Program-made: the position numbers and the translations under genes
Part shown: one piece after another, positions 47,909-56,841 of the stretch
Layout of the letters: every line of letters starts with the position of its first letter
Position numbering within the stretch: position 1 is the stretch's first letter
NCBI GenBank assembly: GCA_016188115.1
Contig: JACPIK010000002.1
Coordinates: 148,125 to 212,124 of the forward strand
DNA: 64,000 nucleotides
Direction: 5' to 3'
Origin: Candidatus Woesearchaeota archaeon
GTDB taxonomy: Archaea; Nanobdellota; Nanobdellia; Woesearchaeales; GW2011-AR9
Notes under the pieces: model-generated
Seen by the model: the letters and a program-made list of their open reading frames with translations, nothing else
The model's database searches: none
What the model was told of the DNA's origin: nothing

Positions 47909-48005
47909 CGCCCCCACCCAGACTCTCAGATTAACATTTGAACTGGGATACGCGCGAACGTACCGATCATAAGTCGGGCGCAATGCCAGATTATGCGATG
48001 AGGGC
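47909..48005 (-). tRNA. tRNA-like gene, anticodon UAU (Ile), with a 14-nt insert after the T-loop and an extra hairpin in the variable region
   Basis: Minus strand reads GCCCTCA-TC-GCA..TGC-G-CCCGA-CTTATGA-TCGGT-[ACGTTCGCGCGTAT]-CCCAG-TTCAAAT-[GTTAATCTGAGAGT]-CTGGG-TGGGGGC-G. The acceptor pairs with one G:U. One C:U mismatch closes the anticodon stem. Confidence 0.5.
47947..47964. repeat. 18-bp perfect direct repeat, copy inside the tRNA-like gene
   Basis: GATACGCGCGAACGTACC. On the tRNA strand it reads GGTACGTTCGCGCGTATC and forms a 6-bp hairpin that occupies the variable region. Confidence 0.9.
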
Positions 48006-48082
48006 ATTATGGCTTGTAAACATTGGTTGTATATAAATGTTTGCTAATTAATTTCAGTTGATGTAAACAAATGTAGACTAAC

Positions 48083-49792
48083 CTACCTTTCCTTCATCAT
48101 CTGCTTAACTTCTTTCAAAGTCGTCGCCTGTTCCGCTTTCTTCTCTCGATATTTCAAAAACCGTGGAAAACGTAACGCAACACCTGCTGTATGCGATGGG
48201 CTTTGAGTAATCTCAGCTCCCGATACTTCAACCACAATGTCTGGTGAGAACCAAACATCTGGTTCCATAATCTTCTCAACGCGTACGCGTGCTGGCTTCT
48301 TGTCAACTTTATACTTCGAAAACCGTGTAGGTAACTCTGCAAGCATCTCATCTGAAAGACCTGTCCCAATTTTACAAAATGAAAGAAACTCATCATTCTT
48401 CTCATCGTAAATGCCGCCAAGTAACGCACCATAGGTTCCATGTCGGCGACCTCGTCCAACATACGCACCCAACACGACGAGATCAAATGTATCACTTAAT
48501 TCTTTCACATAATCTTTTTTCCATTTGATCCAATTCCAACCTCGAGTTCCTGCTTGATATTCACCTTGCGGATTTTTAACGATAATGCCCTCATATCCTT
48601 TCTCCAGCATCTTTTGAAAAAACTCTTCAACCTCTTCTAGGGAATCTGTTTCAATGTGTTCGGCTGCGACAATATGTTTACCACCTGCAACCATTTTCTT
48701 GATCGCAGCATCGCGTTCCACAAGCGGCTTCTCTAAGTAGGATTTTCCATCAAGATGGAGCAGCTCAAATACTTTCAATTGAATTGGGATTTTCTTAGCA
48801 TACTCTGCAACATCATATTTGCGTCGCCGTTGCATGAGTGTTTGAAACGCAAGAGGATTTCCCTCGGTATCAATCGCAAGAATCTCGCCTTCAAGTACAA
48901 ACATCTTCGCCTTCACTTCCTTAGCCAAATAATCAACTAAATCCGGAAATTGATCTGTAATGGTATCCAATCTTCGAGAAAATAAGACTATTTTTCCATC
49001 AGCTAATTTATGCGCTTGTACTCTCTCTCCGTCATACTTCCCTTCAACAATAAAATTTCCTTCAATCTTATCGCTAATTTCATGCAGTTCTTCAACACGT
49101 TGCGCTAGCATCATTTTGACAGGTCTACCCACCGAAATAGTAAAATGATCAAATCCTTTCAAACCTTTGGTGGCAATCGTCTCTGCGATAATTCCTACGT
49201 CCGGGCAGATATTGTATGCGTTCTCAAGAATTTCTTTATTCTTTTTTTCACCAGTATACGCAATCGCGAGAGCATCAAGCACAGTCATATCGGCAACGCC
49301 CATGCGTAATTGACCTAGCACCACCCGAATCAGGTAGCAACCTCCCAATGCGGAGGTTTTTTGTAGCAATGAAACCAGAATATTGGCTTTTGTATCTTGC
49401 GATCCACTCCCCTCGAGTGCTGCAATCTTATGTAATTTTTCAAAGAATTCATGAATCGTCAATTCCCCAACCGGAACAAGTGTTGTCGGTTTCTTTTTGA
49501 GTAATTCCTCTGCAGCCAGACCAGCATCGCCCTTTTTGTCAACGACTTCTTTTACTTTAGCTTCCGAAACACCTGCAGCCTTGGCAATTGCTTTAACAAC
49601 TGATTTCTCCGCAAGCCCCAGAACAAAATCTTCGTAGTCAGCTCCTAACTTCCCTAAAGTAAGATACGCGATTATGTGGATATCAGAAGTCGGCACTGTT
49701 TTGAAAAAATCTGCCAAAATTTGACGCATTTCATTACCTGAGGCCGTCTTTTGCAGCTGCTCGAATACGACAACAAGTTTTTCAAAATTCAT
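48083..49792 (-). CDS. lig: ATP-dependent DNA ligase (archaeal Lig1 type)
   Basis: EGKYDGERVQAH (motif I), LEGEILA, FELLHLDG, YEGIIVK, WIKWKKDY, LRFPRFLKYREKK (motif VI). Length is 569 aa. Confidence 0.95.
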   Translation of the reverse strand: MNFEKLVVVFEQLQKTASGNEMRQILADFFKTVPTSDIHIIAYLTLGKLGADYEDFVLGLAEKSVVKAIAKAAGVSEAKVKEVVDKKGDAGLAAEELLKKKPTTLVPVGELTIHEFFEKLHKIAALEGSGSQDTKANILVSLLQKTSALGGCYLIRVVLGQLRMGVADMTVLDALAIAYTGEKKNKEILENAYNICPDVGIIAETIATKGLKGFDHFTISVGRPVKMMLAQRVEELHEISDKIEGNFIVEGKYDGERVQAHKLADGKIVLFSRRLDTITDQFPDLVDYLAKEVKAKMFVLEGEILAIDTEGNPLAFQTLMQRRRKYDVAEYAKKIPIQLKVFELLHLDGKSYLEKPLVERDAAIKKMVAGGKHIVAAEHIETDSLEEVEEFFQKMLEKGYEGIIVKNPQGEYQAGTRGWNWIKWKKDYVKELSDTFDLVVLGAYVGRGRRHGTYGALLGGIYDEKNDEFLSFCKIGTGLSDEMLAELPTRFSKYKVDKKPARVRVEKIMEPDVWFSPDIVVEVSGAEITQSPSHTAGVALRFPRFLKYREKKAEQATTLKEVKQMMKER

Positions 49793-49839
49793 GAAGGAAC
49801 TAAGCGGAGTATTCTATTTAAAGATTCTTACAATAGGTG

Positions 49840-50592
49840 CTAACAATCCTCAAATACAATATTATGCGCTGCAATAATAGGATATGTCTTGAGGTGTTGA
49901 AACACAAATTGTCCATTCTGCTTCGCCAGATGTTCAAAGATCATAACCATCTCATCAGCGAACATGCGGTCCCAATAACTTGGACGGGCAAATCGATAAC
50001 GCTCCATGAGTTCTCCAATTGTTATCGAATCTATCTCTTGCCCGGTTTCATTAAAGCGTGGTCGAAGTACAACCTGGGCATTATCAACATAGGTTTGTAG
50101 CATCTTCCTTACTGTTTCATCATCTCCTCCATTGGCATTACGTTTGTAACTATGGAAAAATGATTCGGATCGAACGACCATCTGGCCTACTTGTCTTGTT
50201 CCTTTGTCAAAAGTAAACCCATACTTTGTGTGATAAATTGGTCGCACAACAGGTTCTTTAAGAGAAGTTATGTCGAATCCCGTGATTCCATTGTACAGAG
50301 CATAATGTTGTCGTCCAAATTTTTCATCATATTCTTCTTTTTTAAAATGATAATGGTCCCTAACAATATCCTCTCGTTCTTTAAACTCAAATCCCGTATC
50401 TACTAACATTGCTGCGAGTTCTTCTCCAATAGCAGATGAAAATAATAATTCATTATCTCCTGGTGCGAAGCGAATTACCTGACAAGGCCAAATTTTAAGA
50501 GGTCCGCGTTCGCCATCTAAAATCAAGAGTGGATCGAGCTTATAACGATCTTTGAGTTGTTCAATATACTGTGTGAAATTTGGTGGAATCAT
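49840..50592 (-). CDS. hypothetical protein (orphan B)
   Basis: Trimmed to the ATG at 50592 (MIPPNF...), which lies 2 nt after the TAA stop of the upstream gene. No motif recognised. Confidence 0.55.
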   Translation of the reverse strand: MIPPNFTQYIEQLKDRYKLDPLLILDGERGPLKIWPCQVIRFAPGDNELLFSSAIGEELAAMLVDTGFEFKEREDIVRDHYHFKKEEYDEKFGRQHYALYNGITGFDITSLKEPVVRPIYHTKYGFTFDKGTRQVGQMVVRSESFFHSYKRNANGGDDETVRKMLQTYVDNAQVVLRPRFNETGQEIDSITIGELMERYRFARPSYWDRMFADEMVMIFEHLAKQNGQFVFQHLKTYPIIAAHNIVFEDC

Positions 50593-50594
50593 GT

Positions 50595-51377
50595 TTAGTA
50601 ATACCTCGTATTGACAAATTGTAGTGGCCACTTTTGAGAATTAACGGAATGCAATCTTTCATACAAAGAATGTGCATTTTCAATCGTTGCTTTATCAGCA
50701 ACAGGATATAGCTCCGCTGCACAATAGAATCTTTGCTCTACTACTATCTCATACAACGCGAGCATAATTCCTCCACAAACTGGTGTTCCAAAATGAGTCT
50801 TAACTTCATCCAGAAGCGTTCGTTTTCCACTCGTATCTTCAACAATAATGTCTTCAAATGTCTGTCTCCATTTTCCTTTTGGTTGAATTCGAGATGAAAC
50901 AATATTGCGCAACTCTCGTTCAGAATAAATCGTAAAGTCATGATCTAATCTTTGTAACTCATATTCTTGTAAACGTTGCTCAATTAATGCTGGAACAACT
51001 CTTGTTGTGAGGAATGCTTTGTAATTTGGATTATTAAGAACAATAGAAACACCATTCCTCTGACACATTTCTTTAGCTCGATCGTATAAGTCTTTATCAA
51101 CCAGCGTTTCTAGAATCTCTCGAGCAGGAACCTCGCACATCTCTTGCGTTCTACCACACAATCGGCCTCGTCGTTGTTCATACAACCGAAGAATACCCTC
51201 AAAACCAAATTGGGTATAGAATACAAGCTTTCGTCCAAAATCGATATCATTCACAACAATTCCTATATGGTTCATTTCAACAAGAGCATCATCGATTGTT
51301 CGTTGATGAGTATCGGTCTTCTTTTCACCAACTGTAAAAGCTCCTGCAAACGTAATTTGTGTGGGTCGAACCATCAT
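50595..51377 (-). CDS. hypothetical protein (orphan A)
   Basis: 260-aa ORF, no motif recognised. Confidence 0.55.
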   Translation of the reverse strand: MMVRPTQITFAGAFTVGEKKTDTHQRTIDDALVEMNHIGIVVNDIDFGRKLVFYTQFGFEGILRLYEQRRGRLCGRTQEMCEVPAREILETLVDKDLYDRAKEMCQRNGVSIVLNNPNYKAFLTTRVVPALIEQRLQEYELQRLDHDFTIYSERELRNIVSSRIQPKGKWRQTFEDIIVEDTSGKRTLLDEVKTHFGTPVCGGIMLALYEIVVEQRFYCAAELYPVADKATIENAHSLYERLHSVNSQKWPLQFVNTRYY

Positions 51378-51488
51378 ATCTCCAACACCAAACCAAAATT
51401 ACCTCGAAGCAAGGATTATATCAAACTTTCATCAAATATTTTTACTTTATAGGAATATTTATATTAAATAAATGAAATATAGCAAAAA

Positions 51489-52469
51489 ATGGTTAAAATT
51501 GATCTCAAAGACCGCAAGATCCTTGCAAACTTAGACATGAACGCTCGTCTCCCTGCAAGCGAACTTGCCAAACTCGTTCAACTCTCACGTCAGGCTGTAG
51601 AATATCGTATTGAACGTCTCAAACGAGAAAAAGTTATTTTTGGTGCGTTCGCCATCTTTGATAGTGTTACTGCTGGGTATAATTGGTATCGAGTTGTGAT
51701 TCGCCTTCTAAACGCAACTCAAGAACAAAAGAACAACTTTGTTAATTATCTCCAACATCACCCTCAGGTATCCTGGCTTGGCGAAGCAGGTGGTAATTGG
51801 GACCTTGTCGTTAATTTTGCTTGTGAAGATAACTTCCAATTTAACTCCCTCTTTGAGAAAATGATCTTGGGATATGGGGCTATTATTCGTGATTACGAGA
51901 TTCTGATTTATCTTGAGATCCATGATTTTGAACGTTCATACATTCTTCCAACAAAGAAGCTACGCCAAGAATTGTATCATGCCATGAAACGTAATAATTT
52001 TTTCCATCTTGATAATTTAGATAAACAGATAATTCAACACATTAACACTAACGCAACTGTTTCTTATGTTGATTTGGGTCAAAAACTAAATGTTACTTCT
52101 AATACTATTAGGAACCGACTTCAAGAACTTAAAAAACAAGATATTCTGCTCGGTTTTCGTATGTTTATCAATCCGGGTGCCTTTGGTTACAAAACCCATA
52201 TGCTCTTTCTTTCTATCACTCAACTTAATCTCGAACAAGAAAAAAATCTATACTACTATCTCAAGAGTATCCCTCAAGTAACATTCTTGGTCAAACACAT
52301 CGGTAAATGGCGCATCGGCATGGAGATTGAAACTCAAAGTGAAGAAGACTTTCAGAGGATTTTTGTTGACATCAGAGGAAAATTTGCTTCTATGATTTCC
52401 GACTTTGAAGCATTTCCTCTTTTCAAAGATCACACACTGAATTATTTCCCAGATGGGTGTTTGAAGTAA
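51489..52469 (+). CDS. tandem-domain Lrp/AsnC family regulator
   Basis: Two HTH_AsnC-like units (DRKILANLDMNARLPASELAKLVQLSRQAVEYRIERLKREKVI and DKQIIQHINTNATVSYVDLGQKLNVTSNTIRNRLQELKKQDIL). Confidence 0.8.
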   Translation: MVKIDLKDRKILANLDMNARLPASELAKLVQLSRQAVEYRIERLKREKVIFGAFAIFDSVTAGYNWYRVVIRLLNATQEQKNNFVNYLQHHPQVSWLGEAGGNWDLVVNFACEDNFQFNSLFEKMILGYGAIIRDYEILIYLEIHDFERSYILPTKKLRQELYHAMKRNNFFHLDNLDKQIIQHINTNATVSYVDLGQKLNVTSNTIRNRLQELKKQDILLGFRMFINPGAFGYKTHMLFLSITQLNLEQEKNLYYYLKSIPQVTFLVKHIGKWRIGMEIETQSEEDFQRIFVDIRGKFASMISDFEAFPLFKDHTLNYFPDGCLK

Positions 52470-52472
52470 AAT

Positions 52473-53648
52473 CTACCTTCTCGAATACTGCGTTCCACCG
52501 TGAGTAATCGCATCAATAATGCCTACATATGAGCCTAACTCTCGAGGTAATCCAAACTCTTCTCTATAACGTGGGTTGTTAACCGCTGCTATAACAGCTT
52601 TTGGCAAATCGCTCATAGATGGGTTCTGAAGTATTTCTCGAGGATCGTGCTCTACTTGTCTAAGGTTTATCCCTCCACTGTAAAGACCGGCAGGTTGATT
52701 TGCTTCTACTAATTGTGGCTTGCCATCTCGCATAATATCGAAGCGAGCAACTCCTCTCATTCCTAATCCTTTATATGCTCTCAAGCAAAGGTTTCTTTGT
52801 TGCTCACATAGATCTAAATCGGGTTCTAATTCATACACTACTTTGCTTGCATCTTTTCCAAACTTTGCTACTCGAGTATATCCTGCACTACCAGGAGGAA
52901 ATATATTCATGGGTGGAAAAACAACAATCTCTCTTTTATAGGGTAAAATTGGAACAGTACTCTCTGTTGCTCCTTCAATGAGTGGTTGAACAATGACCGG
53001 TTGTAAACATTCAACAACAAGATCATGTACTATTCGATCTAATTCTTGAGCCGTATTTGCTTTGTTTTTTCCGATTCCTACTCCTGAACCGGCGCATTGT
53101 GGTTTTGCAAACACTGGAAATGCTCCTTGGTACTGATCTCCACGAACCACTGACACTGCTGAAGGTGTTGCAATTCCAAGGTTAGTAAGTGCTTGGGCAA
53201 AAAGATACTTATCAAAAATAACCCGTGAAACATTAGGGTGAGAGGCAGTATGGCTTAGTTGCAATTGGGTTGTCAGAAGAGGGATTTCAACTTCACGTAT
53301 ATTAAATGGAAGGGGCAATAATCCTTCTGCATAGTTAAAGACTTTGTCAAATTGCCCCGAGGCAGCAGCTCGAACGACACTCGCCATATCTGAAATATCT
53401 ACGTACTTAACTTCGTGCCCGGTAATTCGTAACGCTTCTTGAATTTCATTAATTGTTGTTATTGAATCATAATCTCCTGCGACCATCGCTTCAAGAGCTT
53501 TAAAACCTCGTTTTCTACGTCTCTCTAAATCTCCTTTAAATCCAAGTTCTCGTAGTGCGTGTTCAATATCATCAAACTGCTCGGCATACATGCTCGCACG
53601 AACAGCACCTGCAGCATTTTTTTCATTGGAGACGAGAAGTATATTCAT
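52473..53648 (-). CDS. ATP-grasp enzyme (D-Ala-D-Ala ligase-like)
   Basis: FPVFAKPQCAGSGVGIG and ARFDIMRDGKPQLVEANQPAGL. I prefer the start at ATG 53648 (MNILLVS...), but 53735 is possible. Confidence 0.7.
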   Translation of the reverse strand: MNILLVSNEKNAAGAVRASMYAEQFDDIEHALRELGFKGDLERRRKRGFKALEAMVAGDYDSITTINEIQEALRITGHEVKYVDISDMASVVRAAASGQFDKVFNYAEGLLPLPFNIREVEIPLLTTQLQLSHTASHPNVSRVIFDKYLFAQALTNLGIATPSAVSVVRGDQYQGAFPVFAKPQCAGSGVGIGKNKANTAQELDRIVHDLVVECLQPVIVQPLIEGATESTVPILPYKREIVVFPPMNIFPPGSAGYTRVAKFGKDASKVVYELEPDLDLCEQQRNLCLRAYKGLGMRGVARFDIMRDGKPQLVEANQPAGLYSGGINLRQVEHDPREILQNPSMSDLPKAVIAAVNNPRYREEFGLPRELGSYVGIIDAITHGGTQYSRR

Positions 53649-53767
53649 ACTAATTCGAGCAATCAAATTTTTTATAAAAGTTTCGATTTGACTAATCCTC
53701 TGTAAAATCTCATCCTCATTTCTCCACTCCCACAATTCTTATAAAATTCTCATTCCTTCCTAAATCC

Positions 53768-54490
53768 ATGGATCAAAAAATCGCTGTCGTCACTGGTGCC
53801 AATCGCGGTATTGGATTTGAAGTTGCAAGACAACTTGCCCAAAAAGGACTTATTGTCATTCTCACCTGTCGTAATTCCCAAAAAGGTGAAGCGGCGGTTA
53901 ATCAGCTCCAACAAGAAGGTCTCACCATATACTTCCACCCATTAGACGTAACCTCAGATCAAAGTTGTGAACAATTTTTTCAAGCTCTTCAGCAAACCGT
54001 TGGTCGAGTTGACATTCTCATCAACAACGCTGGCATCTTCGCAGAATCCAATGATTCTACATTTTCCGCATCTGAATCAATCCTCGATCTTCCTCATGAT
54101 ATCTTCCTTCAATCTCTTGAAACCAATACTTTTGGTGCGATGCGTATGGTCAAAGCACTCAGACCAATCTTTTCCGCAGATGGTCAAATCATTAATGTCT
54201 CAAGCATTATGGGGCAACTCCATAAAATGGACAGCGGCTATGCTGCCTATAGGATGTCAAAAGCAGCACTTAATGTTGTTACTAAAGTCCTTGCTGATGA
54301 ACTCAAAGAAAACACCGACATCTGTGTTAATAGTGTTCATCCCGGCTGGATTAAGACCGACATGGGTGGACCACGCGCCCCTCAAAGTGTGCAAGAAGGA
54401 GCAGATACTATTGTGTGGCTAGCATTAGGTGCAGATGGCACTAACCCTACTGGCAAATTTTTCCATAATCGAGAAGTTATTCCTTGGTAG
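53768..54490 (+). CDS. short-chain dehydrogenase/reductase
   Basis: VVTGANRGIGFEVA, NNAG, YAAYRMSKAAL (YxxxK). Confidence 0.9.
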   Translation: MDQKIAVVTGANRGIGFEVARQLAQKGLIVILTCRNSQKGEAAVNQLQQEGLTIYFHPLDVTSDQSCEQFFQALQQTVGRVDILINNAGIFAESNDSTFSASESILDLPHDIFLQSLETNTFGAMRMVKALRPIFSADGQIINVSSIMGQLHKMDSGYAAYRMSKAALNVVTKVLADELKENTDICVNSVHPGWIKTDMGGPRAPQSVQEGADTIVWLALGADGTNPTGKFFHNREVIPW

Positions 54491-54536
54491 CAAACCTACA
54501 GAAATATTTAAAAAGTAGTTACTTTCTAGTGACATA

Positions 54537-54992
54537 ATGAAGCTCTTAGTGATTATTGCCAGTATACTCTCAATCATTATTCTCTCTTTACTTCTCTTCA
54601 CTTTTTCATTTGCTCAAGCAGGTGTCGAAGAACGTCTTTCCCCTAGCGACTGGGTAAAAGAAGATCAAATTCATGTGTTTGGCAACAAAATTATTCTCTC
54701 AGTTGAAAATGCTCAATGGTCACGTTTCACCAACACTAATTCCATGGATCCTCTCTTTGATGACAAAGCTAATGCTCTTCAAATCAAACCTCGATCACCT
54801 ACTCAAATTCAACGAGGAGATATCATCTCTTACCATCAAAATGAATCAATTTACATTCATCGTGTGATTAATGTTGGTGAAGATAGCAAAGGTTTTTATT
54901 ACATTGCTAAAGGTGACAACGTATCAGAACCGGATCAACAAAAAATTCGCTTTGAACAAATCGAAGGTGTTGTTGTGGGAATTATCTATTAA
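54537..54992 (+). CDS. signal peptidase I (archaeal type), second copy
   Basis: TM segment, TNSMDP, GDIISY, IHRVI, AKGDN. Confidence 0.75.
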   Translation: MKLLVIIASILSIIILSLLLFTFSFAQAGVEERLSPSDWVKEDQIHVFGNKIILSVENAQWSRFTNTNSMDPLFDDKANALQIKPRSPTQIQRGDIISYHQNESIYIHRVINVGEDSKGFYYIAKGDNVSEPDQQKIRFEQIEGVVVGIIY

Positions 54993-55002
54993 ATTTCATA
55001 CC

Positions 55003-55542
55003 ATGGTTAACAATCTTTTTCCTTTTGATAAAGTACTTGAATCAGCAACAATGGGTGATTATGTTACTCTTGGTTGGAAATATAGCAAAATAGGTCACTC
55101 AACTCCAAAGGGGATACGTTCAACAATGTGTTTAGAACAGTCCCAAAGAGCATTTCTCTGTGCTGATGCTGTGCGCCGTGATTCTTGGAATCGCAGTGCG
55201 CTGATTCAAGCTTTAATTCTGTCTGAAGAATTATTTTTAATATATGACTCTGCAGATTTGCCTGAAGAAGCAGCTTTACAATATCAAACAGCGGAGAATA
55301 TTTTTAGATTAGTCGTTGAGGAAGGGGCTTCCCCTCGTGATTATGTTAAAGCTCATTTACTTTTTGCAAACATGAGTCTTCACTATATGGATGGGGGTAC
55401 AACTCAACCAGAACGTATTGCTCAATCATTAACATATGCAAAATCAACTTTAGTTTGGTTAAACCCCTCTGACCAATCCTGGGCTCGTGAACAAGTATTG
55501 CTTTTAGAAGAAATACTTGAACAAGATCGTCAAACAGCGTAG
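55003..55542 (+). CDS. hypothetical protein
   Basis: Trimmed to the ATG at 55003, because the ORF-track start overlaps the preceding gene. Predicted to be helical. No motif recognised. Confidence 0.5.
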   Translation: MVNNLFPFDKVLESATMGDYVTLGWKYSKIGHSTPKGIRSTMCLEQSQRAFLCADAVRRDSWNRSALIQALILSEELFLIYDSADLPEEAALQYQTAENIFRLVVEEGASPRDYVKAHLLFANMSLHYMDGGTTQPERIAQSLTYAKSTLVWLNPSDQSWAREQVLLLEEILEQDRQTA

Positions 55543-55617
55543 CAACAAAATTATATCTGCCATAGTAATATTTAAAGATAAAATTAATTTTATAACTTTT
55601 GTAATAACTTTCATACT

Positions 55618-56235
55618 ATGGTCTCAAAAAATCTTTTCTCATCAAAGTCTCTTTTTCAGCAAAAATTATTTTCATCAGTAATAACTTACACTTCGCCCTT
55701 TCCTCATTATATCATTTCCCACTTTCTACCAGATTCAGCGGCAACAAAGCTCACAGAAGAACTACTCAAAGAACTCTTTGAAGAAAAGAAAGCAGATTTG
55801 TTTCATTTCTATCAAACGAAAGATCTCATCAGTTCAAAAAATAAAATAATTCAAGAATTTCGTCACCATCTATTAAATCCAGATTTTTTCAAAACACTTC
55901 AAGACATCACCGGTAAAAAATTAAACATCAAACACATTGATTTTTTTGGTTCTATCTATGAAAACACTCATTTTCTTCTTCCCCACGATGATCAATTAGA
56001 AGGTCGCGCTATTGCGTTCATATACTATCTTTCCGATCTAACTCAACAAGATGGTGGCGCTCTTGCTCTCTATGATTCCAAGAACAACCAGCCAACAAAA
56101 GTTGCTAAACGTATCATCCCTCAATTCAATACGTTTGTTTTCTTTGAAGTATCATCTAAATCGTTTCATGAAGTAGAAGAAGTTATCAAAGACACACAAC
56201 GTCTTACATTCACAGGGTGGTTTCATCATGCTTAA
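55618..56235 (+). CDS. 2OG-Fe(II) oxygenase of the OGFOD1/Tpa1/Ofd1 type (catalytic DSBH domain)
   Basis: SPFPHYIISHFL, ADLFHFYQTKDL, LLPHDDQLEGRAIAFIYYLS, GGALALYD and FHEV (the HxD...H facial triad). Confidence 0.8.
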   Translation: MVSKNLFSSKSLFQQKLFSSVITYTSPFPHYIISHFLPDSAATKLTEELLKELFEEKKADLFHFYQTKDLISSKNKIIQEFRHHLLNPDFFKTLQDITGKKLNIKHIDFFGSIYENTHFLLPHDDQLEGRAIAFIYYLSDLTQQDGGALALYDSKNNQPTKVAKRIIPQFNTFVFFEVSSKSFHEVEEVIKDTQRLTFTGWFHHA

Positions 56236-56797
56236 CTCCATCTACCTTAACAAAACTGTACAAAAACAAGTCCAACACGCATTTCAAACTGCAATGCCAT
56301 TTCCCTCCATTACTTTGTACGATATCTTCGATTTCGAAACTCTTTCATCTCTTTCTCAGACTCTTCTTGCTCTCCCTCTCAAACATGAAAAAAATCCATT
56401 GCTTTATTCCTATGCAACTGCATCTCTTCCAATAAAAACCCAGAATGATCTCTCTTCACTTCTACTCCCATTCCTTTCTTTTCTCCTCATCAAAAAACTA
56501 ACTAAACTATCTCTTACTGCATATAAACTCGCGTGGAAAGATTACCAAATACTTCATGACTCATTACAACAAACACAATTCTCAGAAATCATCATTGACC
56601 TCACTCCTATTTGGAATGATAACGCTGGCGGTGTAATCCATTATGTTGATGGATCTGGAGATTATCTCAATGTACCTATCAAAAGTAATACTCTTACAAT
56701 CATAAAGAAAGACCAAACCATCAATCAATTCATTGAGTACATCAATAATCAAGCGAAGAATCAGAGTAGGTTATTTTTAATGGGGAATGTGGAATAG
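56228..56797 (+). CDS. second, non-catalytic DSBH-like protein resembling the C-terminal domain of Tpa1/Ofd1
   Basis: The start overlaps the upstream stop (ATGCTTAA). PFPSITLYDIF..., W-x-D-x-AGGVIHYVD. No HxD triad seen. Confidence 0.5.
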   Translation: MLNSIYLNKTVQKQVQHAFQTAMPFPSITLYDIFDFETLSSLSQTLLALPLKHEKNPLLYSYATASLPIKTQNDLSSLLLPFLSFLLIKKLTKLSLTAYKLAWKDYQILHDSLQQTQFSEIIIDLTPIWNDNAGGVIHYVDGSGDYLNVPIKSNTLTIIKKDQTINQFIEYINNQAKNQSRLFLMGNVE

Positions 56798-56841
56798 AAT
56801 TTCGCATATAATTATTAAATACAGTAAGATAATTTCTCAAT

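Noticed and set aside
47107-47964. A classical tRNA-integrated provirus or plasmid.
   Set aside because: The segment is only about 860 bp, has no integrase and has no displaced tRNA 3' fragment after the distal repeat. I report it as an open observation rather than as a called mobile element.
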